Source: Aliivibrio fischeri ES114 (GTDB lineage Bacteria; Pseudomonadota; Gammaproteobacteria; Enterobacterales; Vibrionaceae). From it: a stretch of 32,000 nt of DNA. Below are positions 23,414 through 32,000 of this stretch, piece by piece. Position numbers and translations under genes: made by a program. Under the pieces are notes generated by a model, which saw nothing but the letters and a program-made list of their open reading frames with translations, made no database searches and was not told the origin of the DNA. Where the stretch lies: assembly GCF_000011805.1 (NCBI RefSeq), contig NC_006840.2, one strand, 5' to 3'. The first letter of the stretch is position 1. Each line of letters starts with the position of its first letter.

Positions 23414-24532
23414 TTGAACGTTACACAACAATCCGAAAAAGAAGCAGTTATTAAATTAACTGGTATTTCTAAAAGCTTTGATGGCAAAGAAGTGATTTCT
23501 AATTTTGACTTAGATGTAAATCACGGTGAATTTTTAACAATTCTTGGTCCTTCAGGTTGTGGTAAAACCACAGTGTTACGCATGATCGCAGGTTTCGAAA
23601 CCGCTGATGCAGGAACAATTTTATTGGATTCGACAGATGTAACGTCAGTGCCCGCAGAACAGAGGCATGTGAATACCGTATTCCAAAGCTACGCCCTATT
23701 CCCGCACATGACGGTGTTTGAGAACGTTGCGTTTGGTTTACGTATGCAAAAAGTTGCAGAATCAGAAATTGAGCCTCGTGTAACAGAAGCTCTGCAAATG
23801 GTTCGTTTAGCTCAAATGGCAAACCGTAAGCCTCATCAGTTATCTGGTGGTCAACAACAACGTATCGCAATTGCTCGTGCAGTTGTAAACAAGCCTAAGG
23901 TTCTTCTTCTTGATGAATCTTTATCTGCGCTTGATTACAAACTACGTAAGCAAATGCAAATTGAACTTAAACAATTACAACGTCAATTAGGTATTACTTT
24001 TATTTTCGTAACTCACGACCAGGAAGAAGCTCTTTCAATGTCTGACCGTATTATCGTGATGCGTGATGGTGTTATTGAACAAGACGGTACTCCTCGTGAA
24101 ATATACGAAGAACCAAAGAACTTATTTGTTGCTCGCTTCATCGGTGAAATCAACGTATTTGCTGCTACAGTGCAAGAACGTCTTGATGAAAAACGTATTA
24201 AAGCAGAAATCGAAGATACTTCAGCTATCGTATATTGCGACCTTGATGTTGCTCCTGGCGATAAAGTGAAAGTATTACTTCGTCCTGAAGATTTACGCCT
24301 AGAAGAAATCAAAGAGTCTGATAATAAAGGCATCACTGGCTATGTACGTGAACGTACGTACAAAGGTATGACTTTAGACTCTGTACTTGAGTTAGATTCA
24401 GGTATGCGTGTAATGATCAGTGAGTTCTTTAATGAAGATGATCCAGATGTTGATCACTCTTTAGGTCAAAAAGTAGCAATTACTTGGGTTGAAAGCTGGG
24501 AAGTGGTGTTAGCAGATGAACAAGAAGTTTAA
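23414..24532 (+). CDS. potA: Spermidine/putrescine ABC transporter ATPase
   Basis: 372 aa, collinear with E. coli PotA ([28 protein letters not shown]). TTG start. Confidence 0.95.
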   Translation: MNVTQQSEKEAVIKLTGISKSFDGKEVISNFDLDVNHGEFLTILGPSGCGKTTVLRMIAGFETADAGTILLDSTDVTSVPAEQRHVNTVFQSYALFPHMTVFENVAFGLRMQKVAESEIEPRVTEALQMVRLAQMANRKPHQLSGGQQQRIAIARAVVNKPKVLLLDESLSALDYKLRKQMQIELKQLQRQLGITFIFVTHDQEEALSMSDRIIVMRDGVIEQDGTPREIYEEPKNLFVARFIGEINVFAATVQERLDEKRIKAEIEDTSAIVYCDLDVAPGDKVKVLLRPEDLRLEEIKESDNKGITGYVRERTYKGMTLDSVLELDSGMRVMISEFFNEDDPDVDHSLGQKVAITWVESWEVVLADEQEV

Positions 24533-25373
24533 TCTCCAAAATATCATCATCACAATTATTGTTAGTTGGTTACTGCTGTTCGTTTTCATTCCAAATGTAA
24601 TGATCATCGGTACTAGCTTCTTAACTCGTGATGAAGCAAATTTAATCGAAATGACGTTTACGATGGATAACTATCTACGTCTTTTTGATCCACTATATGC
24701 AAAAGTGCTGTGGCATTCATTTTATATGGCCATTGTTGCAACGTTAATCTGTTTGGTTGTGGGTTACCCATTTGCCTACATCGTTGCAAAAATGCCTGAA
24801 AGATGGCGCCCATTTATGCTGTTTTTAATTATTGTTCCTTTTTGGACTAACTCATTAATCCGTACTTATGGGTTAAAAATTGTGTTAGGTACTCAAGGTA
24901 TTTTAAATAAAAGCCTAATTGCAATGGATATCATCGATAAACCATTACGTATTATGTACACAGAAACAGCAGTAATGATTGGTTTAGTTTACATTCTATT
25001 ACCTTTCATGATTTTGCCACTGTATTCAGCAATTGAAAAACTTGACGGTACTTACTTAGAAGCGGCTCGTGATCTAGGTGCAAACAAACTTCAAACTTTG
25101 TGGAAGATTGTATTGCCACTAACAATGCCAGGTATTATTGGCGGTTGTTTATTAGTGTTACTTCCAGCTCTTGGAATGTTCTATATTTCTGACCTATTAG
25201 GTGGTGCGAAAAACCTACTAATTGGTAACGTAATTAAGAGCCAAGTATTGAACGCACGTGATTGGCCATTTGGTGCAGCGACCAGTATCGCCCTCACCTT
25301 GGCGATGGCATTAATGCTTTATGCTTACTACCGTGCAGGCAAGTTATTAAACAAAAAGGCGGATCTAGACTAA
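24516..25373 (+). CDS. potB: Spermidine/putrescine ABC transporter permease
   Basis: 285 aa, collinear with E. coli PotB. Overlaps the potA end by 17 nt. Confidence 0.94.
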   Translation: MNKKFNLQNIIITIIVSWLLLFVFIPNVMIIGTSFLTRDEANLIEMTFTMDNYLRLFDPLYAKVLWHSFYMAIVATLICLVVGYPFAYIVAKMPERWRPFMLFLIIVPFWTNSLIRTYGLKIVLGTQGILNKSLIAMDIIDKPLRIMYTETAVMIGLVYILLPFMILPLYSAIEKLDGTYLEAARDLGANKLQTLWKIVLPLTMPGIIGGCLLVLLPALGMFYISDLLGGAKNLLIGNVIKSQVLNARDWPFGAATSIALTLAMALMLYAYYRAGKLLNKKADLD

Positions 25374-26143
25374 TGGGACGCACAATTAGATTTAGTTTTA
25401 TGAGTTTGGTATATCTTTTCTTATACCTACCAATCATCGTTCTGATTGCGAACTCATTCAACGCAAGTAAATTTGGTATGAAATGGGGCGGCTTCACTAC
25501 AAAATGGTATGAAGCGCTAGTAAACAATGACAGCTTAATGCAAGCAGCTTGGCACTCTATTACTATCGCAGTAATTTCAGGTACCGCTGCAACCATTATT
25601 GGTAGTTTAACTGCAGTTGCCCTTTTCCGTTATCAGTTTAAAGGCAAAAAGTTTGTTAATGGTCTACTGTTTGTTGTGATGATGTCTCCTGATATCGTGA
25701 TGGCAATTTCATTACTGGCTATTTTCCTTGTAATCGGTTTTGAGCTTGGCTTTTTAACACTATTAATCGCTCACATCACTTTCTGTTTACCATTCGTGGT
25801 AGTAACAGTTTATAGCCGCTTAAAAGGCTTTGATGTGAAAATGTTAGAAGCTGCACGTGATTTAGGTGCAAGTGAATGGGTAATTCTTAAACAAATTATC
25901 CTTCCTCTAGCAAAACCAGCTGTGGCTGCTGGCTGGTTATTAAGTTTTACCCTTTCATTGGATGATGTAATCATCAGTTCATTTGTAACGGGTCCAACTT
26001 ACGAAATTTTACCATTGAAGATTTACTCAATGGTTAAAGTAGGTATTTCACCTGAAGTGAATGCCTTAGCAACAGTAATGTTGTTTGTTTCTCTGATTTT
26101 AGTTGTACTTTCACAGCTATTAGCAAGAGAAAAAATTAAGTAA
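25373..26143 (+). CDS. potC: Spermidine/putrescine ABC transporter permease
   Basis: The true start is the ATG at 25373 (TAATG overlap with the potB stop), giving [22 protein letters not shown], collinear with E. coli PotC. The track start at 25262 is an artefactual extension inside potB. Confidence 0.94.
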   Translation: MGRTIRFSFMSLVYLFLYLPIIVLIANSFNASKFGMKWGGFTTKWYEALVNNDSLMQAAWHSITIAVISGTAATIIGSLTAVALFRYQFKGKKFVNGLLFVVMMSPDIVMAISLLAIFLVIGFELGFLTLLIAHITFCLPFVVVTVYSRLKGFDVKMLEAARDLGASEWVILKQIILPLAKPAVAAGWLLSFTLSLDDVIISSFVTGPTYEILPLKIYSMVKVGISPEVNALATVMLFVSLILVVLSQLLAREKIK

Positions 26144-26167
26144 TAGTTCTATTGTTTTAAATTAATT

Positions 26168-26197
26168 GTTTCATGCAAACCATCGTTTCATGTAAAC
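26168..26197 (+). repeat. Tandem 13-nt dyad-containing repeats GTTTCATGYAAAC (x2, 17-nt register)
   Basis: gtttcatgcaaac (26168-26180) and gtttcatgtaaac (26185-26197) are 12/13 identical. They lie between the potC stop and the internal terminator. Confidence 0.5.
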
Positions 26198-26207
26198 AAT
26201 AAATCTG

Positions 26208-26243
26208 GAAGACATGCCTTTTGTTCGACATGTCTTCTTTTTT
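26208..26243 (+). terminator. Intrinsic terminator/attenuator between potC and the first potD
   Basis: gaagacatg (26208-26216) pairs with catgtcttc (26229-26237), followed by T6. Confidence 0.7.
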
Positions 26244-26267
26244 ATCACTCTAATGGAGAGTCAATCA

Positions 26268-27302
26268 ATGAACAAAATGGCTGCGTTTTTTACTGGAACC
26301 GCCTGCGCTTTAGCACTAACAATGAATGTTGCAAACGCAAAAGAAAATGATGAATTGGTATTCATGAACTGGGGACCATACATCAACAGTGATATTTTAG
26401 AAGAATTTACTAAAGAAACTGGCATTAAAGTTATCTACTCTACTTATGAGTCAAATGAAACTTTATACGCTAAAATGAAGGCTCACAATAAAGGTTATGA
26501 CCTAGTTGTTCCTTCAACTTATTTCGTTGCAAAAATGCGTGACGAAAAAATGCTTCAACCAATTGATAAATCAAAACTATCAAACTTCACTCAATTGGAT
26601 ACGAACTACTTAGACAAGCCATTTGATCCTAAGAATGAATACTCTATTCCACACGTAGTGGCGATCACAGGTCTTGCTGTAAACACAGAAATGTATAACC
26701 CAGATGACTTCAATAGCTGGGGCGATCTTTGGAACCCTGAGTTTGAAGGTCAATTAATGTTAATGGATGATACTCGTGAAGTATTCCACATTGCATTACG
26801 TAAATTAGGTTACTCAGGTAACTCAACAAACCCGAAAGAAATTGACGAAGCGTATGCTGAGCTACAAAAACTAATGCCAAACGTATTAGTATTCAACTCA
26901 GACAACCCAGGTGCACCATACATGGCTGGCGAAGTTGGTCTTGGTATGCTTTGGAATGGTTCTGCAGCCGCCGCTCAAGCTGAAGGTTTACCTATTAAAC
27001 TTATCTTCCCTAAAGAAGGTGGTATCGGTTGGGTTGATAACTTTGCAATCCCTTCAGGCGCAAACAATGTAGAAGCAGCTCATAAGATGATCGACTTTTT
27101 ACTTCGTCCAGAAATCGCAGCACGCATTTCAGCAGATACTGGCTACCTAACAGCAGTTAAAGCATCAAACGACAAGTTTAAAGACGTTGCACCTCTGTTC
27201 CCATCACAAGAAGATTTAGACCGCGTTGAGTGGCAATCTGCAGTTGGTGACATGACAGTTAAATACGAAGAGTACTTCTTAAAACTGAAAGCCGGACAGT
27301 AA
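26268..27302 (+). CDS. potD: Periplasmic polyamine-binding protein, PotD paralog A
   Basis: The ATG at 26268 is preceded by GGAGAG, 7 nt upstream. Signal peptide ...LTMNVANA/K. PotD ligand-residue contexts are present (NWGPY, STYESNE, MDDTREVF, WNGSA, GWVDNFAIP). Confidence 0.9.
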   Translation: MNKMAAFFTGTACALALTMNVANAKENDELVFMNWGPYINSDILEEFTKETGIKVIYSTYESNETLYAKMKAHNKGYDLVVPSTYFVAKMRDEKMLQPIDKSKLSNFTQLDTNYLDKPFDPKNEYSIPHVVAITGLAVNTEMYNPDDFNSWGDLWNPEFEGQLMLMDDTREVFHIALRKLGYSGNSTNPKEIDEAYAELQKLMPNVLVFNSDNPGAPYMAGEVGLGMLWNGSAAAAQAEGLPIKLIFPKEGGIGWVDNFAIPSGANNVEAAHKMIDFLLRPEIAARISADTGYLTAVKASNDKFKDVAPLFPSQEDLDRVEWQSAVGDMTVKYEEYFLKLKAGQ

Positions 27303-27325
27303 CCTAACCCTTACTGAACCTTACT

Positions 27326-27354
27326 AATGGCAGCGTATATCGCTGCCATTTTTG
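27326..27354 (+). terminator. Rho-independent terminator after potD paralog A
   Basis: aatggcagcg (27326-27335) pairs with cgctgccatt (27341-27350), followed by ttt. Confidence 0.75.
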
Positions 27355-27450
27355 ATCTCCCTCGCACAAATTTCCTTACAAACTAATTTATATTACCTTG
27401 ATTTAAGCCAAGTTATTGATTTGCAATGACATGCAGTCTCCTGCAAAAAT

Positions 27451-27459
27451 TGCTATAAT
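27451..27459 (+). promoter_or_regulatory. Extended -10 element (TGcTATAAT) for potD paralog B
   Basis: TGCTATAAT lies 45 nt upstream of the ATG at 27504. No good -35 is visible. Confidence 0.4.
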
Positions 27460-27503
27460 GCGCGCTCAATTATGGATACTCCCCTCATATATAGGAGAAG
27501 GAA

Positions 27504-28547
27504 ATGAAAAAGTGGACAACTCTCGTCTCTACAGGACTGTGCGCTGCAGCCTTAATCGCTGGTAATGCACAAGCTGCAGATAAAGAGCTCTATTTTTATA
27601 ACTGGTCAGAATACATTCCAAATGAAGTTCTTGAAGACTTCACTAAAGAAACTGGTATCAAAGTTTACTATTCGACGTATGAGTCGAATGAAAGCATGTA
27701 CGCTAAATTAAAAACTCAAGGTTCTGGATATGATCTAGTTGTTCCTTCAACTTACTTTGTGTCGAAAATGCGCAAAGAAGGTATGCTACAAAAGATTGAT
27801 AAATCTAAATTACCTCATTTCAAAGACTTAGATCCAAACTACCTAAATAAGCCTTTTGATCCAAATAACAACTACTCTATTCCTTACATTTGGGGCGCAA
27901 CAGGTATCGGCGTAAATGCTGATATGATGAACCCGAATGAGCTTCATTCTTGGAACGATTTCTGGGATGAAAAATGGCAAGGTCAGTTAATGATGATGGA
28001 TGACTCACGTGAAGTGTTCCATATCGCATTAACTAAACTTGGTTACTCAGCAAATACAACAAATCCTGAAGAAATCAAAGCCGCTTACGAAGAACTGAAA
28101 AAACTAATGCCTAACATTTTGGTGTTTAACTCAGACTTCCCTGCAAACCCATACTTAGCGGGTGAAACAAGTGTTGGTATGCTTTGGAACGGTTCTGCTT
28201 ACATGGCTCGTGAAGAAGGTGCAAACATTCAAATCGTATGGCCAGAAAAAGGCGCTATCTTCTGGATGGATAGCCTAGCAATTCCTGCTGGTGCAAAAAA
28301 CATCGATGCTGCACACGAAATGATGGATTTCTTACTACGTCCTGAAAACGCCGCTAAAATTGCATTAGAAATCGGCTACCCAACACCAGTGAAATCAGCA
28401 TACCCTCTTTTACCTAAAGAGTTTGCTAATGATCCAAACATCTTCCCTCCTCAATCTGTAATGGATTCAGGTGAATGGCAAGACGAAGTTGGTGAAGCAA
28501 GTACGCTTTATGACGAATACTTCCAAAAGCTAAAAGTTGATATGTAA
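27504..28547 (+). CDS. potD: Periplasmic polyamine-binding protein, PotD paralog B (closest to E. coli PotD)
   Basis: AGGAGAAGG SD and signal peptide ...AGNAQA/A. Matches E. coli PotD motifs: YFYNWSEYI, STYESNE, MDDSREVF, IFWMDSLAIP. Confidence 0.92.
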   Translation: MKKWTTLVSTGLCAAALIAGNAQAADKELYFYNWSEYIPNEVLEDFTKETGIKVYYSTYESNESMYAKLKTQGSGYDLVVPSTYFVSKMRKEGMLQKIDKSKLPHFKDLDPNYLNKPFDPNNNYSIPYIWGATGIGVNADMMNPNELHSWNDFWDEKWQGQLMMMDDSREVFHIALTKLGYSANTTNPEEIKAAYEELKKLMPNILVFNSDFPANPYLAGETSVGMLWNGSAYMAREEGANIQIVWPEKGAIFWMDSLAIPAGAKNIDAAHEMMDFLLRPENAAKIALEIGYPTPVKSAYPLLPKEFANDPNIFPPQSVMDSGEWQDEVGEASTLYDEYFQKLKVDM

Positions 28548-28580
28548 TACCCATCTATTACATCGTAATACAACACATTT

Positions 28581-28618
28581 AAAAGCCAATGAATCTAATG
28601 ATTTATTGGCTTTTTTTA
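28581..28618. terminator. Bidirectional terminator between potD paralog B and cobB
   Basis: gccaatgaatc (28584-28594) pairs with gatttattggc (28600-28610) with one mismatch, followed by T7. Confidence 0.75.
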
Positions 28619-28629
28619 TTTTTTAAAAG

Positions 28630-29343
28630 TTATATTTCTAATAGTTCCGAAACCAACTCAGGTACTAACTCACCCGCTTTACCATAACGTTTCTCTTCAA
28701 ATTCATCATCTACAGCACTTGGCTCCAAGTTAATCTCAATAGTATGTGCGCCATGTAAACGAGCTTCATGCACAAAGCCAGCAGCTGGATAAACTGAACC
28801 TGACGTACCAATCGAAATAAATAAATCCGCCTGATTTAACGCTTCATGGATTCTGCCCATTTCTAATGGCATTTCACCAAACCATACGACATGAGGACGT
28901 AACTGAGCTGGTATTTGGCAACAATGACAAAAATCACCAGTATGAATATCATCAGTACACTCAAACACTTGATTCGATTCTTCACAACGAATCTTGTTTA
29001 ACTCACCATGCATATGAATCACATTTGTGCTTCCACCGCGCTCATGTAGATTATCAATATTCTGAGTCACGATTGTCACCGTACCATCCAACTCTTTTTC
29101 AAGTTTAGCGAGTGCTTTATGGGCTGCGTTAGGTTGAATATTATCGCTTTTCAACAGAGCTCTACGTTTATTATAGAAATCCTGCACTAAATCCGGGTCA
29201 TTCAAAAAACCTTCTGGTGTTGCAACGTCTTCAATTCGATGGTTTTCCCATAACCCGTCACTAGCACGAAAAGTTTGGATCCCCGACTCAGCCGATATCC
29301 CAGCACCAGTTAAAATTACGATATTCTTATACGGAAATAACAT
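28630..29343 (-). CDS. cobB: NAD-dependent protein deacylase (sirtuin), short form
   Basis: The ATG at 29343 (AAGGA SD 8 nt upstream) gives [33 protein letters not shown]... Collinear with E. coli CobB, including the Zn-ribbon Cys pairs. The track N-terminal extension has no support. Confidence 0.93.
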   Translation of the reverse strand: MLFPYKNIVILTGAGISAESGIQTFRASDGLWENHRIEDVATPEGFLNDPDLVQDFYNKRRALLKSDNIQPNAAHKALAKLEKELDGTVTIVTQNIDNLHERGGSTNVIHMHGELNKIRCEESNQVFECTDDIHTGDFCHCCQIPAQLRPHVVWFGEMPLEMGRIHEALNQADLFISIGTSGSVYPAAGFVHEARLHGAHTIEINLEPSAVDDEFEEKRYGKAGELVPELVSELLEI

Positions 29344-29453
29344 GACATCATCCTTAATCAATTTGATTCTTGCTGAAACTCTACCATGAATAACATTACA
29401 GTTTCTATGGATACCAAAAACAAACACCTAAGCTACTTTATTCAGCACAGCCC

Positions 29454-29469
29454 CTCCATTACAATGGAG
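29454..29469. promoter_or_regulatory. Palindrome CTCCATT-AC-AATGGAG upstream of the LysR gene (candidate LTTR operator)
   Basis: 7-bp inverted arms at 29454-29460 and 29463-29469, 32 nt upstream of the ATG at 29501. An ATGG-N6-CCAT dyad overlaps it on the right. Confidence 0.35.
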
Positions 29470-29500
29470 TCAACCATACTAATAATGAATAGAGATATAC

Positions 29501-30412
29501 ATGTTAAAGCAAGCCAAACAAATGATTGTGTTCAACGCCTTAACTCAACAACAAAGCTTTACCAAAGCCGCACAGCTTCTTGATATATCTCGAACTCAAG
29601 TAAGCCAACAAATTCAATTATTAGAAGAACGTTTAGGTGTCCAATTGGTTCAACGTACAACACGTTCATTTTCTCTAACTGAAGCAGGACAAACCTTCGC
29701 AGTTCATTGCGCTAATATCGCCGATGAAATTAACGAAGCTGAAAATGAATTGCTGACCAATATTGATAACTTGCAAGGTAAATTACGTGTTGGTATCGCG
29801 CAATCATTTGCTACCAACCACATTCTTCCTTACCTATCAGAGCTGCACCATGCTTATCCACAACTAAATATAGAGATCACTTTGTTCGATCATAAGATCG
29901 ATGTGATTGCAGAGCAATTAGACTTATGGATAGGTGTCATGGATTCCCCACCAGAAGGATTTGTTGCACGTCACCTAATTGATTGCCACTTTGTATTAGT
30001 TGCAAGTCCGCTATACCTGGCAAAGCAAGGGATCCCTTACCATCCTTATGACTTAAAAAAGCATAATTGCTTAACCTATATCAGTAGAGAGCGTAAAGAT
30101 GACGTCTGGGGTTTTCATAAAGAGGATGAAAACCTCCAGATAAAAGTGTCTGGTAACTACCGTATTGACTCAGCTGATGCCATTCGTAATGCCACCATAG
30201 CAGGTAATGGTATTGGTTATATTGCCACTTATCTTCTTTCTGATGAATTGCAAGCAGGTAAACTTGTTCAACTCTTGCCTGATTGGGAATTAAACCAATC
30301 AATGCCCCTATATGCCGTTTATCCAAGACGAAAATTCTTGCCTAAGAAGGTACATGTTTTCATGGAATTTGTTCGTCAGCATATTAATGAAACACAAATT
30401 GGTAAAATTTAA
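29501..30412 (+). CDS. LysR-family transcriptional regulator
   Basis: 303 aa with an N-terminal wHTH (FNALTQQQSFTKAAQLLDISRTQVSQQIQLLEERLGVQLVQRTTR) and a LysR substrate-binding domain. Divergent from cobB. Confidence 0.9.
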   Translation: MLKQAKQMIVFNALTQQQSFTKAAQLLDISRTQVSQQIQLLEERLGVQLVQRTTRSFSLTEAGQTFAVHCANIADEINEAENELLTNIDNLQGKLRVGIAQSFATNHILPYLSELHHAYPQLNIEITLFDHKIDVIAEQLDLWIGVMDSPPEGFVARHLIDCHFVLVASPLYLAKQGIPYHPYDLKKHNCLTYISRERKDDVWGFHKEDENLQIKVSGNYRIDSADAIRNATIAGNGIGYIATYLLSDELQAGKLVQLLPDWELNQSMPLYAVYPRRKFLPKKVHVFMEFVRQHINETQIGKI

Positions 30413-30574
30413 TCATTTTACTGATGGGATTATTAATCAAAAATCCACCACAATTGTTTCATATAATAAAAACTAACTTCTAAATATGTGATAAAAGCCT
30501 CAATTAAGAGGTTTTTGTCTACTAATCCAACAAATAAGCCTTTTTTTGTTATCACGATGTTTTTAGCTTAACAA

Positions 30575-30590
30575 TTTGATCCTTGTCACA
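30575..30590. promoter_or_regulatory. CRP-like site (TTTGA-N6-TCACA) upstream of nupC
   Basis: tttgatccttgtcaca matches 9/10 to TGTGA-N6-TCACA. TAGAAT lies at 30605-30610. A weaker half-site TGTGA lies at 30487-30491. Confidence 0.3.
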
Positions 30591-30651
30591 TTTTTATTTT
30601 TGAATAGAATACCTCCGCAATCATTACACTAGATACTTTTGGAGTTTGACC

Positions 30652-31872
30652 GTGAACTTTTTGGTCAGTATTTTAGGCATTGTTTGCCTATTCGCGATTG
30701 CAATTCTTTTCTCAGAAAACCGTCAAGCCATAAAATGGAGAACAGTATTAGGTGCTTTCCTAATTCAACTGTTATTTGCCGGTTTTATCTTATACGTTCC
30801 TATTGGTCGAACTATTCTAAATAGTATTTCTATGGCAGTATCAAGCATTATTGATTATGGTCGTGTAGGTACAGAATTCCTTTTTGGTGATCTTGCACAG
30901 TACAAACTGGGCTTCATTTTTGCCGTCAACGTTTTACCTACGATTGTATTCTTCTCTGCTCTTATCTCAGTACTCTATTACCTAGGTGTTATGGGTTGGG
31001 TTATTCGCACCATTGGTGGCGGATTACAACGCTTCTTAGGTACAACTCGTACAGAATCTATGTCTGCAACCGCAAATATTTTTGTTGGTTCTGTTGAAGC
31101 ACCACTGGTTGTTCGCCCTTTCCTTGCAAAAATGTCACGCTCTGAACTGTTTGCTGTTATGGTTGGTGGTCTTGCCTCTGTAGCTGGCGGTACAATGGTT
31201 GGTTACGCAGGATTAGGTGTTGAACTTAGATACTTAATTGCCGCAAGTTTCATGTCAGCACCTGCTGGCCTAATGATGGCAAAACTTTTGGTTCCTCAAA
31301 CAGAAGAAATCAATGAAGCAGAACAATACTCAGAAGATGAAGTTGATGATGCTCCAGTAAACATTATTGATGCCGCTTCACAAGGTGCATTAAATGGCTT
31401 ACAAATTGTATTTGCTGTTGGTGCGAGCTTATTAGCTATTATTAGCTTAATTGCACTACTAAATGGTGGCTTACATAAATTAGGATTATTTGTTGGCTTA
31501 GACAATTTAAGCTTAGAGTTAATCTTTGGTTACCTATTTGCACCTGTAGCATGGTTAATCGGTGTTCCATGGTCAGAGGCAACAATTGCAGCAAGTCTAA
31601 TCGGTAAAAAAATTGCGATTAATGAATTCGTAGCTTTTGCTGATCTAATGGCAGTAAAAGATCAATTAAGTGAACATTCTCAAGCTATCGTTACCTTTGC
31701 CTTATGTGGCTTTGCTAACTTAACCTCTATTGCAATGTTAATGGGTGGTTTAGGAGGTGTAGTACCAAGCCGTCGCCCTGATATCGCACGTTTAGGTATG
31801 AAAGCAATCTTTGCAGCAACATTAGCAAACTTAATGAGTGCAACCGTTGCAGGCATCTTCCTGTCTTTCTAA
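30652..31872 (+). CDS. nupC: Concentrative nucleoside transporter (NupC/CNT family)
   Basis: The GTG at 30652 has GGAG 7 nt upstream (the track TTG at 30646 is only 1 nt from the SD). Collinear by eye with the V. cholerae CNT (LPTIVFFSALISVLYYLGVM, NIFVGSVEAPLVVRPF, FALCGFANL). Confidence 0.92.
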   Translation: MNFLVSILGIVCLFAIAILFSENRQAIKWRTVLGAFLIQLLFAGFILYVPIGRTILNSISMAVSSIIDYGRVGTEFLFGDLAQYKLGFIFAVNVLPTIVFFSALISVLYYLGVMGWVIRTIGGGLQRFLGTTRTESMSATANIFVGSVEAPLVVRPFLAKMSRSELFAVMVGGLASVAGGTMVGYAGLGVELRYLIAASFMSAPAGLMMAKLLVPQTEEINEAEQYSEDEVDDAPVNIIDAASQGALNGLQIVFAVGASLLAIISLIALLNGGLHKLGLFVGLDNLSLELIFGYLFAPVAWLIGVPWSEATIAASLIGKKIAINEFVAFADLMAVKDQLSEHSQAIVTFALCGFANLTSIAMLMGGLGGVVPSRRPDIARLGMKAIFAATLANLMSATVAGIFLSF

Positions 31873-31887
31873 TAGTAAGTAAGACAA

Positions 31888-31926
31888 TAAAAAGCCACTT
31901 GTGAGTAATCATAAGTGGCTTTTTTC
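31888..31926. terminator. Bidirectional terminator after nupC
   Basis: aaagccactt (31891-31900) pairs with aagtggcttt (31913-31922). An A-run lies upstream and a T-run downstream. Confidence 0.8.
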
Positions 31927-31943
31927 GTTAATGAAGAACGTAA

Positions 31944-32000
31944 TTACAGCTTAGTCATTCGATTTAGAACAAATGAGTCAATAGCTCCATCAACTGTTTT
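31944..32000 (-). CDS. 3-prime end of an unidentified convergent gene (runs off the window)
   Basis: The minus-strand frame is open from the window edge: ...KTVDGAIDSFVLNRMTKL, stop at 31946-31944. The bidirectional terminator fits a convergent gene. Too short to identify. Confidence 0.3.
   Translation of the reverse strand, partial: KTVDGAIDSFVLNRMTKL

Noticed and set aside
23499-24336. Antisense and alternate-frame ORFs inside potA (23499-23870, 24013-24336, 24063-24269). Similar shadow ORFs elsewhere: 28-234, 976-1164, 1432-1695, 5922-6110, 7410-7667, 10868-11089, 12341-12889, 13014-13205, 15370-15669, 16197-16623, 17176-17364, 19172-19363, 19984-20190, 22008-22295, 25294-25596, 28866-29108, 30081-30326, 30639-30824, 31296-31505, 31727-31912.
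   Set aside because: All are embedded in strongly supported genes on the same or opposite strand. Their products are low-complexity or implausible, and they lack start-site signals.
25262-25372. ORF-track N-terminal extension of potC ([14 protein letters not shown]...).
   Set aside because: It lies entirely inside potB in another frame. The PotC homology begins at the ATG at 25373, which overlaps the potB stop (TAATG).
30487-30517. TGTGA half-site and a small hairpin (aaagcctc/gaggtttt) after the LysR gene, considered as a second CRP site forming a CytR-type tandem with 30575-30590.
   Set aside because: The right half (CCTCA) matches TCACA at only 3/5, and the 88-bp centre-to-centre spacing is not the classical CytR arrangement. 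It is more likely a weak terminator for the LysR gene.

Overview
AT-rich gammaproteobacterial chromosome segment with Vibrionaceae-type gene content. Local synteny is E. coli-like (uup ... rmf-fabA-ycbZ-matP). Nearly every gene is a recognisable core function. Gene order: uup (3-prime end), DUF3466-type secreted protein, rmf, fabA, Lon-like protease ycbZ, matP, yceB-like lipoprotein, a 490-bp gene-free gap, a soluble hybrid histidine kinase, a FIST/NosP-type sensor, a small membrane-anchored protein, ccoNOQP, ccoH-ccoI-ccoS, a DsbD_2/TauE-like membrane protein, fnr, uspE, ttcA, a tightly coupled three-gene envelope module (polytopic membrane protein, Bax-like glucosaminidase, secreted unknown), potABC, two tandem potD paralogs, cobB, a LysR regulator and a NupC/CNT nucleoside transporter. 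I saw no rRNA, tRNA, CRISPR array, transposase, integrase or phage gene. The main feature the ORF track cannot show is a 28-bp XerC/XerD dif site at 6505-6532 in the gene-free gap, about 1 kb from matP. The window therefore most likely spans the replication terminus and the attachment site used by Xer-exploiting mobile elements, and that site appears unoccupied here. Two genes below the ORF-track size cut-off were recovered by eye: rmf (2312-2485) and ccoS (16974-17150). Several ORF-track starts were corrected (yceB-like, fnr, uspE, potC, potD, cobB, nupC). I did not find a convincing new multi-gene defence or mobile system. The best candidates for undescribed biology are the FIST/NosP-kinase unit with its small membrane partner next to cbb3 oxidase, the DsbD_2-like gene coupled to ccoS, and the three-gene envelope module at 20893-23100. 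All family names are recognised by eye from the translations; no searches were run.
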